Assembly: GCA_963675765.1 (NCBI GenBank)
Contig: OY776568.1
Span: forward strand, 2,313,407 to 2,377,406
DNA from: Phycisphaerae bacterium
GTDB taxonomy: Bacteria > Planctomycetota > Phycisphaerae > UBA1845
Direction of reading: 5' to 3'
Length of the DNA: 64,000 nt
Shown here one piece after another: positions 9,385 through 18,842 of this stretch (positions are counted from its first letter, which is position 1; each line of letters begins with the position of its first letter). The notes under the pieces were generated by a model. The model saw only the letters and a list, made by a program, of their open reading frames with translations. It was not told where the DNA came from and made no database searches. Position numbers and translations under genes: made by a program.

Positions 9385-9872
9385 AACGCACAGTGGGAGT
9401 TTGTGGGGAAAGAGAATCGGTCACGTCGTGTAGTTGGGTTGATCGACACCCCAAAAGAGAGAGATCGAGAGCTGTCGGTTCCCGCTGTGCCTAATTGGGA
9501 AAGCGCGGCAGGAACTGTTGTGTGGGTTTACCAGGCTTCTCTAGTTGGTCCATACTCTTCAGCGTGGTGACGGACGCTCGAAGAATGCACCAGCTTGAGC
9601 TGTGATTGTTCTCTCTCTTTGGAGGGCGTTGAAGGAAGCGGGCACTCGTGACAATCCGTTCCTGCTAATCTCAATCACCTCTAGCTTGTTCAATCGCAGC
9701 TGTTTTGCTGTACCGCGGATGCTGCTTGTTGCTGCGCCGTGGTTGTCGGATCGCCTTCTCGGGCCGTGCCCTAACGTGGGGTACGAGGTGAGAAGTCGAG
9801 ATATCTCTCTCGGGCATAACGTGTCGTGAATTCGGTACGCTATGCGTGGCTCTCTCTAGGAGGAGAATACAA

Positions 9873-10571
9873 ATGCGTAAACTTATTGCTATTGCAGCTG
9901 CTGTTGCTTTTGCAGCGGTGCCGGCCATGGCGACCGTTGGTATCTATCAAGATACCGGTGCGGGACCGGGTCTGTACGACATTACCCAGGTCGCTAACCC
10001 CGGTGACATCATTCACCTGACCTTCGGGTTCCACTACCCATTCACCACCGCTCCCCATGATCCCATTATCCCCGTACAGTTCCAGTGGAATTTCCAGTGG
10101 GATGACGAGGAAGTGGCGGTAATCGGCATGCAGCCCGCTGGCCCCTTTGTCGGAGCCAACAACTACTCGACTCTCAGCGAGACGTTCTTTGCCGGCTTCA
10201 CCAGCACCACTGGCGATGTCAACCTGGGCACCTTCTGGGCCAACCCGATTACTTCGACCCAGAGCACAGTGTTCACCAGTCTGACCATGCCGGTCACTCC
10301 GGATCCCATCGGATTCTCTGATGTTGTTCCGGTCTTCCAGGTTGACCTTCGCGTACTCAGCGTCAACCCCGACACCCTCTACGATGCCTTCGTCCCGTTT
10401 GGCAAGCTGCTGTGGGATACCCTCAGTGAGTATCCTTGCACCACTGGCCACTGGGGCTTTGATATGGCTGTCGTAGGCATTGGCGGACTAAGCATTGTCC
10501 CTGAGCCCGCCTCCCTGGCACTGCTGGGTCTTGGCTTGGCCTCAATGGGCATTGCCTGGCGTCGTCGCTAA
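9873..10571 (+). CDS. PEP-CTERM sorting-domain protein
   Basis: ATG 9873 is preceded by AGGAGG. Signal peptide MRKLIAIAAAVAFAAVPAMA. The C-terminus VPEPASLALLGLGLASMGIAWRRR is PEP + TM helix + Arg cluster. A strong terminator hairpin follows. Confidence 0.85.
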   Translation: MRKLIAIAAAVAFAAVPAMATVGIYQDTGAGPGLYDITQVANPGDIIHLTFGFHYPFTTAPHDPIIPVQFQWNFQWDDEEVAVIGMQPAGPFVGANNYSTLSETFFAGFTSTTGDVNLGTFWANPITSTQSTVFTSLTMPVTPDPIGFSDVVPVFQVDLRVLSVNPDTLYDAFVPFGKLLWDTLSEYPCTTGHWGFDMAVVGIGGLSIVPEPASLALLGLGLASMGIAWRRR

Positions 10572-10637
10572 ACGATAGCCACAAGAGCTTCTCTCTGGCC
10601 ATACAGTCGTCAGGGATTAGCGATAGCCTGAAATCAG

Positions 10638-10676
10638 GGAAGGTCGTCTGCTCGCAGACGACCTTCCTTCTTCTTC
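10638..10676 (+). terminator. Rho-independent terminator of the PEP-CTERM gene
   Basis: Perfect inverted repeat GGAAGGTCGTCTGC / GCAGACGACCTTCC (10638-10667) followed by a T-rich ttcttcttc. Confidence 0.8.
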
Positions 10677-10694
10677 ATTCATTCTGCTACTGAG

Positions 10695-12239
10695 TCGTCC
10701 CTGAATATGTTAAAGACAACGCGGGAATCGCGGTAATTTCGGGGTGAAAGGGCAATCGGCTGGGTGTAGACTTTGCAGGGTAATCACGGACAGACCGCAA
10801 GAACCTTGCAAACTCGGACGGAGCCCATGAAGCCCAAACCCCAGCCACGCGACGCGTTTTCACTCTTCCAGGCCCACTTCCGCCAGATTCTCAACCCGCA
10901 ACACCCGCTCTTTCAACTTGCGGATGCGATCGACTGGGAGCGATTCGACATCGCCTTCGCCGACTTCTACAGCGAAGAGCTGGGTGCGCCGGCCAAAGCC
11001 ACGCGTCTCATGGTTGGTTTGCACTATCTCAAGTACACGTTCAACGAGTCGGACGAATCCGTCGTTGAACGCTGGATCGAGAATCCGTACTGGCAGTATT
11101 TCTGTGGATTCACGCACATGCAGCACGAAGCGCCCATCGACCCGAGCAGTATGAGCCGCTGGCGCAAACGCGTGGGCGCGGACCGTCTCGAACTGCTACT
11201 CAAAGAGACGGTCGACCTAGCGGTCCGCAGCAAACAACTACCCAAGCAGGATCTTGGGCAGGTCAACGTGGACACGACGGTTCAGGAAAAGAACATCACG
11301 CATCCCACAGATGCGAAGCTGCTTTACACGGCGATCCGCAAGCTGGGCGAAGTTGCGCTGGATCGCGGCATCGTATTGCGGCAGTCGTATGTGCGTGTTG
11401 GCAAGCGTACTTCGGTGAAAGCGAGTCGATATGCACATTCCCAAAAGTACCGGCAGATGCGTGGGCAGTTACGCAAGCTGCGGACTTGGGTGGGCCGGTT
11501 GATCCGTGACATCCGGCGCAAAGCACCTCAGATGGACGAAGATCTGATCGCAGCCTTGGCGAAGGCTGAACGTCTTCGTACGCAGCAGCCCCAGGACTCG
11601 AACAAGCTGTACAGTTGGCACGAACCCGATGTGCGTTGCATCAGCAAGGGCAAAGCGCGGCAGCGCTATGAGTTCGGCCAGAAGGTGGCGGTCGCCACGA
11701 CGAACCGCAGCCACTGGTTCGTGGGAGCGAAGTTGTTCGAGAACAATCCGTACGACGGGCACACGCTCCGGGAAACGCTGCAAGCGGTGGAGCGTGTCAC
11801 GAACGCACCGATTACCGATGCGTACGTGGATAAGGGCTATCGTGGTCACAAGTGCAAGGGGATGACGCGTGTCCACATTGCCGGACAGGGATCGCGGAAC
11901 GTTCCCCGTAGCGAGAAACGTCGGCGTAAACGTCGGAGCGCGATCGAGCCGAAAATCGGACACCTCAAAAGCGATCATCGCGTGCGACGTTGCTTTCTGA
12001 AAGGCCTCGAAGGCGACGCGATCAACATCGTGCTGGCAGCCGCCGCGGCAAATCTGCGGAAACTGCTCCGGTGGCTTTCTTTTGCGCGCATCGCGGGGTG
12101 CTGGAACACTCCGCTACCCCTATGGATGTCCCTGGTCCAACGCTTCGCACTTTGGAGCAACCGCGACCCCTTCGCGTGCTGGATAACCGTCAGAACCACG
12201 TCAATACAAGCCGCCGCATAGTGACTTTTTCAGGGACGA
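10695..12239 (+). mobile_element. Intact IS element, IS5/IS1182 superfamily, about 1.55 kb
   Basis: Terminal inverted repeats TCGTCCCTGAA (10695-10705) and TTCAGGGACGA (12229-12239), continuing imperfectly inward. It is flanked by the direct repeat CTACTGAG (10687-10694 and 12240-12247). An alternative reading gives 13-bp IRs with a 4-bp ACTG duplication. A single transposase ORF fills the element. Confidence 0.85.
10827..12221 (+). CDS. DDE transposase, IS5/IS1182 type
   Basis: 464 aa from ATG 10827 (GGACGGAG upstream). The N-terminal InsH/DUF772-like region is FSLFQAHFRQILNPQHPL...ATRLMVGLHYLKYTFNESDE. DDE-type motifs are VDTTVQEKNITHPTD, AYVDKGYRGH and IEPKIGHLKSDHRVRRC. Confidence 0.85.
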   Translation: MKPKPQPRDAFSLFQAHFRQILNPQHPLFQLADAIDWERFDIAFADFYSEELGAPAKATRLMVGLHYLKYTFNESDESVVERWIENPYWQYFCGFTHMQHEAPIDPSSMSRWRKRVGADRLELLLKETVDLAVRSKQLPKQDLGQVNVDTTVQEKNITHPTDAKLLYTAIRKLGEVALDRGIVLRQSYVRVGKRTSVKASRYAHSQKYRQMRGQLRKLRTWVGRLIRDIRRKAPQMDEDLIAALAKAERLRTQQPQDSNKLYSWHEPDVRCISKGKARQRYEFGQKVAVATTNRSHWFVGAKLFENNPYDGHTLRETLQAVERVTNAPITDAYVDKGYRGHKCKGMTRVHIAGQGSRNVPRSEKRRRKRRSAIEPKIGHLKSDHRVRRCFLKGLEGDAINIVLAAAAANLRKLLRWLSFARIAGCWNTPLPLWMSLVQRFALWSNRDPFACWITVRTTSIQAAA

Positions 12240-12255
12240 CTACTGAGAAACTACA

Positions 12256-12345
12256 ACATTGCACGTCCAAGAGCAGCGTCAAACACCGAGAATCTACAAG
12301 AGAATACCGGGCACCAAACGCCACACTCGAATGGCGCCTGCTCTG
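12256..12345 (+). repeat. About-90-bp structured intergenic repeat, copy C (forward, diverged right end)
   Basis: attgcacgtccaagagcagcgtcaaacaccgagaatc...aaacgccacactcgaatggcgcctgctctg. It begins a few nt right of the IS target duplication. Confidence 0.75.
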
Positions 12346-12469
12346 CGGTCTGGCTTGATCTCCGCCCAACCTGAATGCAAGTTCGCACACCAGCGCAAAC
12401 AGCACCGAAAATTCTACAAACAATGTTAAGACAGAACCTCACCAACAAAAGAAGTGGGAACAGCCAGCC

Positions 12470-15154
12470 CTACTCCTGCAACCTTCTTCTCGCGTCATCC
12501 CACCACCGCGGAGCTGGAGTGGAAGACAGTTCCATAGCCCTCACCAGCGAAGCCTTGCCCTCTGCCACCTTGTCTGCAGCAAAGTACGCAACCCCCAATA
12601 GGTAATGGTATTCCCCTTCATCCGGAGCAACCATCGTCGCCCGATGCAGCTGCAATATCGCCATCTCGTGATCACCGCGAACGTGATAGACCCACCCCAA
12701 CGTGCTAACCACCGATGCAACGCTTGGCCGTCTTCGAGAGGCATCCTTAGCCAACACCAAACACCGATCAAGATCGCGACCCTGGCATGCCAAAACCCAG
12801 GCTAGATTGTTCGCCGCCAAAGGATCATCTGGAAACGCCGCATAGCTGGCCTCTGCCACGTCAGTTGCCCTCTCCAGCTCTCCGGTATTCTCTAGCATAT
12901 GAATAAGCATGCCCGACGCATCTACATGTCCCGGGCTTGACGCTAGTATCCGCTCTAATATCTGACGCGTCTCCGCGGTTCTCTGTGCGGCATAACTCAC
13001 CTTCGCCAACGCCAGCGCGAAAGGAACGTTGTCCCGCGGAAAACCATCGGCAATCTTCTGCAATTCTGCAAACGCTTCGTTGTTATCCCCAATCAGCGAA
13101 TCACAATTAGCTATAATCAGATGCAGCAACACGCCGCACGCCTTGGTGATCCGCCCGGTCTCTCCAACTTCGCGCAGCTTTGGAACTACTCGCTTTGCGA
13201 TCCGCTCATTTAGGTTAACGCTTGCTGCAGCCTCCATCGGGAAAAGGAGTCCATCGTTTGCACTCAGGGCCTCCTCCCAAACACTATTTCCCTCGTCAAT
13301 CCGCCCATTGGCTAATAGGGCCATCCCTAAGGCAACCCGTGTGTTTATCACCTTTGGACCAAACAGGTTTGCGGCCTTGCGAAGGCCATTAATCGCTTCC
13401 TCGAACCGCCCCAGTTCAAGGTAAGCCAGACTCCGCCACCAATACGCAGCTGCATAATCTCCCTGAGCATCAACCGCATCCTCAAAGTACTTCAGCGCTG
13501 CCTCGACCTCTCCCACATCCAAGAAACAACGGCCACAATTCACTAGCAGTTGCGGAACAAGGTCAACTTGCACATGACCATCCCGCAGAGCCTTCTCAAG
13601 CGTAGGTAGAATCAGCGGCCCGACCCGCGACTGAGTCGCTCCCAACTCCGAGAGCAACCACAACACCTGCGGATTGGCCGGATCCCTCTTTTCGAGCGAA
13701 AGAAGCGCTTCAGCGGCCACCTCCATCATCCCCATCCCAATAGCATCCATCGCCCGAAGCAACGTAAGCTGCAACGGAAGCGCATCCTTCAAATCCATCC
13801 CCTGGTTGATGGCTGGATCTGCTGCTGAAGGCGCAGCCACATAGCCCAACGCCCGCAACTTCTCAATCACATATTGATCCGGCGACTGCGGAGAATCTGT
13901 CAGTGGTGGAAAAGACAAGCGTGCTGAGAAAAGATTATCGCACTGCGTCTCAAGCTCGGCCGCCAACTCCGGCATGCTCTCAACACGATTCTCCTCCGGT
14001 GTCTCCCTGGACTCAACATCAAGAAGATATAGCTCCGGCTTTGGACAATCGATATACTTCCGCCCTCCCACACGTACTCCACGTAGCGCCGTCCAACCTG
14101 AATGGTAAAAAGGAGCGTTGGACTCAAAACCTAATACTCTGTCCACTAACTCAGGAGCCTGTTCGCCTCGCATAAGCGGCACAAGAGAACGACCGTGCAT
14201 CGCCTCCGGACCAGGACCCGCAATACCGACAATATCCAGAATCGTTGGCATGATGTCCACGACAGACACTACCTCACTCACTTCCCTGCCACCCAACTCC
14301 TTCCCCGGAAGCCTGATTAGAAGTGGCACGTGCAAAGTGCTCTCGTACGCAAAGTATGCGTGCGTCGGCTCGCCATATTGCCCCAGCCCCTCACCATGAT
14401 CAGCTGTGAACACTACTACAGTATCTCGCCCATCATCCCTGCTATCCACGAACTCTAACAAACGACCCAACTGCAAGTCTGCATACGCAATCTCCTCGTC
14501 ATAGGGATCGCCTGTGAACCGTGTGAAGGAGGCCGGCGCATCGTAGGAGGCATGCGGATCGTAATAGTGCGCCCAAAGAAAATACGGTCGCTGATTATCT
14601 ATATTCCCCAACCAGTCAATGGCCGTATCGGTAACCGTACCAGCTACTCTATCCGGTACGTGAAACGCTATAAACTCAGATGCTGAGCGAACTTCGTCGT
14701 CATACGTCTCGAACCCCTGCGATAGCCCGAAACTGTGATCCAGCACATAGGCAGCCACGACCGCCCCTGTCTCGTAGCCATTGTCCTTCATAATTTCGGC
14801 AAGCGTAGTCAGCCCTGGCTTGGCTATGAAATGAGAGTTATCCCTAACGCCATGGTAGAATGGGTATAGCCCGGTCATGATCGTAACGTGGGCAGGCAGC
14901 GTCTCTGGCGCCGAAGTAATCGCCTGATTAAACTGCACAGACTCCTTGGCCAAGGCGTCAACAACCCGCGTCCAACCGTACCTATACCCGTAGGCACCAA
15001 TATGATCGGCGCGCGTCGTATCGAATGTAACCAGCAGGATATTGGGATTACTCGAACCAGAATCGTGCTGCGTCTTCTTCGGAGAACACCCGAACGACCC
15101 TGCGAACAAAAAACAAATAGATAGAATGAACGATAACAGTCGCCCTGACTTCAT
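12470..15154 (-). CDS. Alkaline-phosphatase-superfamily (sulfatase-like) domain fused to a C-terminal TPR array; lipoprotein
   Basis: ATG 15154 gives MKSGRLLSFILSICFLFAGSFGC (lipobox). The sulfatase-like N-domain has NILLVTFDTTRADH and ADHGEGLG. The nucleophile region reads T-L-P-A-H, not C/S-x-P-x-R. About 450 aa of TPR repeats follow. Confidence 0.8.
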   Translation of the reverse strand: MKSGRLLSFILSICFLFAGSFGCSPKKTQHDSGSSNPNILLVTFDTTRADHIGAYGYRYGWTRVVDALAKESVQFNQAITSAPETLPAHVTIMTGLYPFYHGVRDNSHFIAKPGLTTLAEIMKDNGYETGAVVAAYVLDHSFGLSQGFETYDDEVRSASEFIAFHVPDRVAGTVTDTAIDWLGNIDNQRPYFLWAHYYDPHASYDAPASFTRFTGDPYDEEIAYADLQLGRLLEFVDSRDDGRDTVVVFTADHGEGLGQYGEPTHAYFAYESTLHVPLLIRLPGKELGGREVSEVVSVVDIMPTILDIVGIAGPGPEAMHGRSLVPLMRGEQAPELVDRVLGFESNAPFYHSGWTALRGVRVGGRKYIDCPKPELYLLDVESRETPEENRVESMPELAAELETQCDNLFSARLSFPPLTDSPQSPDQYVIEKLRALGYVAAPSAADPAINQGMDLKDALPLQLTLLRAMDAIGMGMMEVAAEALLSLEKRDPANPQVLWLLSELGATQSRVGPLILPTLEKALRDGHVQVDLVPQLLVNCGRCFLDVGEVEAALKYFEDAVDAQGDYAAAYWWRSLAYLELGRFEEAINGLRKAANLFGPKVINTRVALGMALLANGRIDEGNSVWEEALSANDGLLFPMEAAASVNLNERIAKRVVPKLREVGETGRITKACGVLLHLIIANCDSLIGDNNEAFAELQKIADGFPRDNVPFALALAKVSYAAQRTAETRQILERILASSPGHVDASGMLIHMLENTGELERATDVAEASYAAFPDDPLAANNLAWVLACQGRDLDRCLVLAKDASRRRPSVASVVSTLGWVYHVRGDHEMAILQLHRATMVAPDEGEYHYLLGVAYFAADKVAEGKASLVRAMELSSTPAPRWWDDARRRLQE

Positions 15155-15199
15155 GGCCCACCAATAACACACTGTAGTCGTCGATTAGTAACGAAACAA

Positions 15200-17899
15200 T
15201 CAGACTCCCTCTTTCTCGCCCGCAGTGCCGACATTCTGCACAACGCGTTCAAGCTGAGATACCTGATGCTCCAACTCTTCACTGCCCGGCCTGTCAGGCT
15301 CGATCTCCAAGCTCTTTCTCATATGAAACAGCGCCAGCTTAGTTTTCCCCTCCCGCAGCAGCAATGCTCCAAACTGAGCATGAACCAATGCATAATCTGG
15401 CTTTACCGCAAGAGCACGACGATAGAATTGCTTCGCCTTGCCTGGCCTATTATGCAGAGCATGGTACGTTCCAAGATTAGCCAAAGCCGAAGGAACCGAC
15501 CCGTTGCGTCGGAGTACTTCCTCATACTGACCGACTGCGTCCTCTTCTCTGCCCACCGCGCGATAGCACAACGCAAGATTCAATCTACATTGAAGATGAT
15601 CCGGCTCTTGAAGAAGAACACGAGAGAACACATCCATCGCCTTCTCGATCTCCCCGTCATGCTTCAAAACCAAGCCCAGATTATTCAGGGCCGCCGGATT
15701 ATTCGGCGAAACATCCAACGCACGTTGGACCAACTCTCGAGCCTGTTTATCATCACCTTTCTTCAACACCATTCCAGCCATATTGGCCAGATACACGGGA
15801 TGGTTCGGTGTATACCGCAGAGCCCGACTATACGACTTCTCAGCCTCTTCCATATTCCCCTCTGCCAGGAATACTCCGCCCAGACCCGCATGAGCCGCAC
15901 CATTGAGATTGTCTATCTCCAACGCACTCTCAAATGCCTTCCTGGATTCCTCAATCTGCAGCCTGTTCAAAAACATCTGCCCCAGCGACACGTATGCACG
16001 TGGACCTGTCGTTCCCGGATCAACCTCAATCGCAGTACGAAACAGAGCCTCCGCCTCAGTCACTCTTTCATTCAATGCCGCCAACGTCCCCAGAACCAGA
16101 TACCCACCTCCAAAATTGGGATCAAGATCCAGAGCTTTGTCGCTACACTCCCTGGCAAGCCCGAATTCCTGCTTGGTAATATACGCATAGGCCAAAGACA
16201 CATAGACAGTTGCATCACCTTGCTCGTACTTCAAAACCTCTTTGTACGCCTCTATCGCGGCATCCGGTTCACTCATGAACGAGTAAACACCGGCTAGATT
16301 CCGAAGAGCGTAAACGTCTCCCGGAACCTCCGCTACGGCCGCCTCCAACAGCTCACGTCCTTCATGATACTTACCCTGAGATACTAAATTCGATCCCTCC
16401 TGCACCGCTTCCCAATGGTATATCATGTCTTTGGGATCGAATTGAGCTGCCTTCTCCGCGTCGACAGTGCCAGTCTTTGCCGAACCAACATAACCCAAAG
16501 CAGCCATGTTTCGCGCTGTCTCCGGATCCATCGTAACTGCCTGCGAAAGAGCGTTCCCCCCATACTTGTCATTGCCAACATGCTTATCAAGTTCCTTGCT
16601 CAATGCAGCCGCAATCTCAGCACGCTCATCGAAGATATTCTTCAACTCCCGCGGATCCTCCTGTACATCATACAGTTCCGGAGTTGGAGCATGAATGTAC
16701 TTAACATCGTCATGCCGTATGGCAAACAGCGGAGCCCAACCATGTAAAACCAAGGTAGCGATATTCTCAATGTAGATACCGCCAGGCCATTCAGCCGGCG
16801 GGCGCAGCAGACTGACTCCATCGAAACTCGCCGTGGTGCTCACACCAAGCATATCCAGGACCGTTGGAACAATGCATGTGTTGCACACTTGTTTTCGAAC
16901 AACAGAACCACTGGCAAACAGAGTCGGAGAACTGAAGATCAGAGGTGTGTGCAACGTTGCATCATAAACCAACATTGAATGCGTCTTCTCGCCATGCTCC
17001 CCAAGCCCTTCGCCATGATCACCAGCAAGGACAACGAGAGTCTTGTCGTAAACCCCCAACTCCTTAAGCTTCTCAAACAACAAGCCAATATTGTAATCTA
17101 CGTAGGCTATTTCCCCGGCGTATGGGTACGCTTCGTATTGCTTCCTGAATGGCTCCGGAGGCACATACGGGGCATGAGGATCAAAGTAATGTACCCAAAG
17201 AAAGAACGGAGAGCTCTGCGACGCATTCTCATCCAACCATTCTATCGCTACCTCGTCGGCATACGTCGCCGGTCGCTCGCGAAACGTGTGATCTCCGTAT
17301 TTGACACCCTTGGTCAAGTCGTCAAGGTACGCATCGAATCCCTGATCCAATCCAAACCGGGAGTCCAAAACGTAAGCACTGATCACCGCCGCAGTGGCAT
17401 ACCCTTCGCCCTTCAATATCTCCGCTATTGTCTGAGGCTCCTCAGAAAGCCGAAAACTTCCATTCGACCTCGCACCATGATTGTATGGATACAAACCCGT
17501 AAAAATCGAAGCATGCCCTGGAAGAGTGGATGGAGAAGGCGTAAACGCGTGCTCAAAAAGCACACCATTCCGCGCCAACGCATCTATGTTCGGCGTCTGC
17601 ACCCCCCTATTTCCGTAACACCCAAGATGATCCGCCCTGGTCGTATCCATCGAGATCACCAAGACGTTGTAGCCCTTTGCATCACCGCGAGCCAGTGGTA
17701 TGCGTTCCTCCTCACCCAAACCGGACATCACCTGTCCGGAAATCACCGGAGAGCTAAACCACACACGAACGACCATCTGTATTGCGAAAACCGTAATACA
17801 TGCAAACCCAAACAGCCACAATGCCTTGTCAAGCCAACGGCTCTTCTTGACTGGCAAACTGGGACCATCTTCCGGTATGTTTGACTGTGTATTGGACAT
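15200..17899 (-). CDS. Paralogous alkaline-phosphatase-superfamily (sulfatase-like) + TPR protein, membrane anchored
   Basis: ATG 17899 gives MSNTQSN... followed by the TM helix LWLFGFACITVFAIQMVV. Motifs are VISMDTTRADH, STLPGHASIFTGLYP and GDHGEGLG, followed by a long TPR array. Same architecture as the gene at 12470-15154. Confidence 0.8.
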   Translation of the reverse strand: MSNTQSNIPEDGPSLPVKKSRWLDKALWLFGFACITVFAIQMVVRVWFSSPVISGQVMSGLGEEERIPLARGDAKGYNVLVISMDTTRADHLGCYGNRGVQTPNIDALARNGVLFEHAFTPSPSTLPGHASIFTGLYPYNHGARSNGSFRLSEEPQTIAEILKGEGYATAAVISAYVLDSRFGLDQGFDAYLDDLTKGVKYGDHTFRERPATYADEVAIEWLDENASQSSPFFLWVHYFDPHAPYVPPEPFRKQYEAYPYAGEIAYVDYNIGLLFEKLKELGVYDKTLVVLAGDHGEGLGEHGEKTHSMLVYDATLHTPLIFSSPTLFASGSVVRKQVCNTCIVPTVLDMLGVSTTASFDGVSLLRPPAEWPGGIYIENIATLVLHGWAPLFAIRHDDVKYIHAPTPELYDVQEDPRELKNIFDERAEIAAALSKELDKHVGNDKYGGNALSQAVTMDPETARNMAALGYVGSAKTGTVDAEKAAQFDPKDMIYHWEAVQEGSNLVSQGKYHEGRELLEAAVAEVPGDVYALRNLAGVYSFMSEPDAAIEAYKEVLKYEQGDATVYVSLAYAYITKQEFGLARECSDKALDLDPNFGGGYLVLGTLAALNERVTEAEALFRTAIEVDPGTTGPRAYVSLGQMFLNRLQIEESRKAFESALEIDNLNGAAHAGLGGVFLAEGNMEEAEKSYSRALRYTPNHPVYLANMAGMVLKKGDDKQARELVQRALDVSPNNPAALNNLGLVLKHDGEIEKAMDVFSRVLLQEPDHLQCRLNLALCYRAVGREEDAVGQYEEVLRRNGSVPSALANLGTYHALHNRPGKAKQFYRRALAVKPDYALVHAQFGALLLREGKTKLALFHMRKSLEIEPDRPGSEELEHQVSQLERVVQNVGTAGEKEGV

Positions 17900-18107
17900 G
17901 TTTCTTATTATCGACCGGCAGCTATGCCAAGTCAACATGAACACAACCTTCCGCCCCGCACCCACCTTCTGAAGAAACGCAATACCACATAGCAGCAGCA
18001 AGTGGCTGCGCGCGAACAAAAACACACGACTACATCGGAAAATAGTACAGGAAACGCTATACTTCCATGAGTTGGACAGCAAACAGACTGAAGCTGAAAA
18101 CGGCTAC

Positions 18108-18842
18108 CTAGTGACTTACGCCAATACCACCGCTTCCCGCAGTAGACGCCGCCATTGAATGCAAGCCAAGCTCCGGCAACATCCACTTGCTTGAATCTTC
18201 ATGACCCGCCACGCTGGACACCTCATACGCAGGCACGCCAACAACAGTAGTGACAGGCCTAACTTCCTTAATAACGACTGCCCCCGCACCTACCACGGCA
18301 TCATAACCTATCCGCAAACTCTGGATCACTGTCGCACCGATTCCGACAAATGCACCCGACTCCACAACAACTCGACCTGCTAATCTGGCCCCCGGACAAA
18401 CATGTGTCCCAGGGCCAATCATCGATTCATGATCAACAATGCAACCAGTATTCAAAATCACAGAGTCACCAATGTGACAGTGGGCACACACCAATGCCCC
18501 GGCCGCTACCACGATATTAGATCCAAGAGTCACGTTGCGAGCCAGATTAGCAGAAGGATGAATTGCGTTTACCAACGTCAGACCACGACGCTGACACTCG
18601 TCCGCAAACGCCCGACGAACCCCATTGTCACCGATTGCCACAATAGCACCTGCAACACCCAACTCCGACACACACATTGACAATTTGCCAAGATCACCAA
18701 AAACCTCGCGACCATCGACCCTGCGACCAGCAAGGGCTGAGTTAGAATCGATGAAACCGGCCACATCGTGCTCACCAGCTTGCAGCATGATGTCCAGCAC
18801 AACACGACCATGACCTCCTGCGCCAATGATTACACATCTCAT
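18108..18842 (-). CDS. Sugar O-acyltransferase, NeuD/PglD-like (left-handed beta-helix, hexapeptide repeats)
   Basis: ATG 18842 gives MRCVIIGAGGHGRVVLDIM...VAGFIDS (NeuD-type Rossmann-like N-domain). Hexapeptide-repeat C-domain (IGDSVILNTGCIVDHE..., VGIGATVIQ...). Confidence 0.8.
   Translation of the reverse strand: MRCVIIGAGGHGRVVLDIMLQAGEHDVAGFIDSNSALAGRRVDGREVFGDLGKLSMCVSELGVAGAIVAIGDNGVRRAFADECQRRGLTLVNAIHPSANLARNVTLGSNIVVAAGALVCAHCHIGDSVILNTGCIVDHESMIGPGTHVCPGARLAGRVVVESGAFVGIGATVIQSLRIGYDAVVGAGAVVIKEVRPVTTVVGVPAYEVSSVAGHEDSSKWMLPELGLHSMAASTAGSGGIGVSH

Noticed and set aside
9102-9449. A 115-aa minus-strand ORF in the large gap upstream of the PEP-CTERM gene.
   Set aside because: It has a GTG start with no RBS and no recognisable family or hydrophobic pattern. 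The region is better described as non-coding. It is retained only as part of the leader-region finding.
9379-9460. Possible c-di-GMP (GEMM-I) riboswitch, because of ACGCACAG followed by GGGGAAAG upstream of a surface-protein gene.
   Set aside because: Only the short ACGCACAG string resembles the Vc2-type consensus. The GCAAAGCC and paired GGGUUACCGA-type segments and the two-hairpin architecture are not present.
15266-17884. Long antisense ORFs opposite real genes: 15266-16297 and 16979-17884 opposite the sulfatase-like gene. Similar cases are 3882-4682, 21069-21815, 35371-35913, 41114-41836, 48822-49592, 57584-58222 and 62301-63161.
   Set aside because: These are shadow ORFs. Each lies entirely inside a confidently identified gene on the other strand, has a biased low-complexity composition, and has no RBS or recognisable motif.
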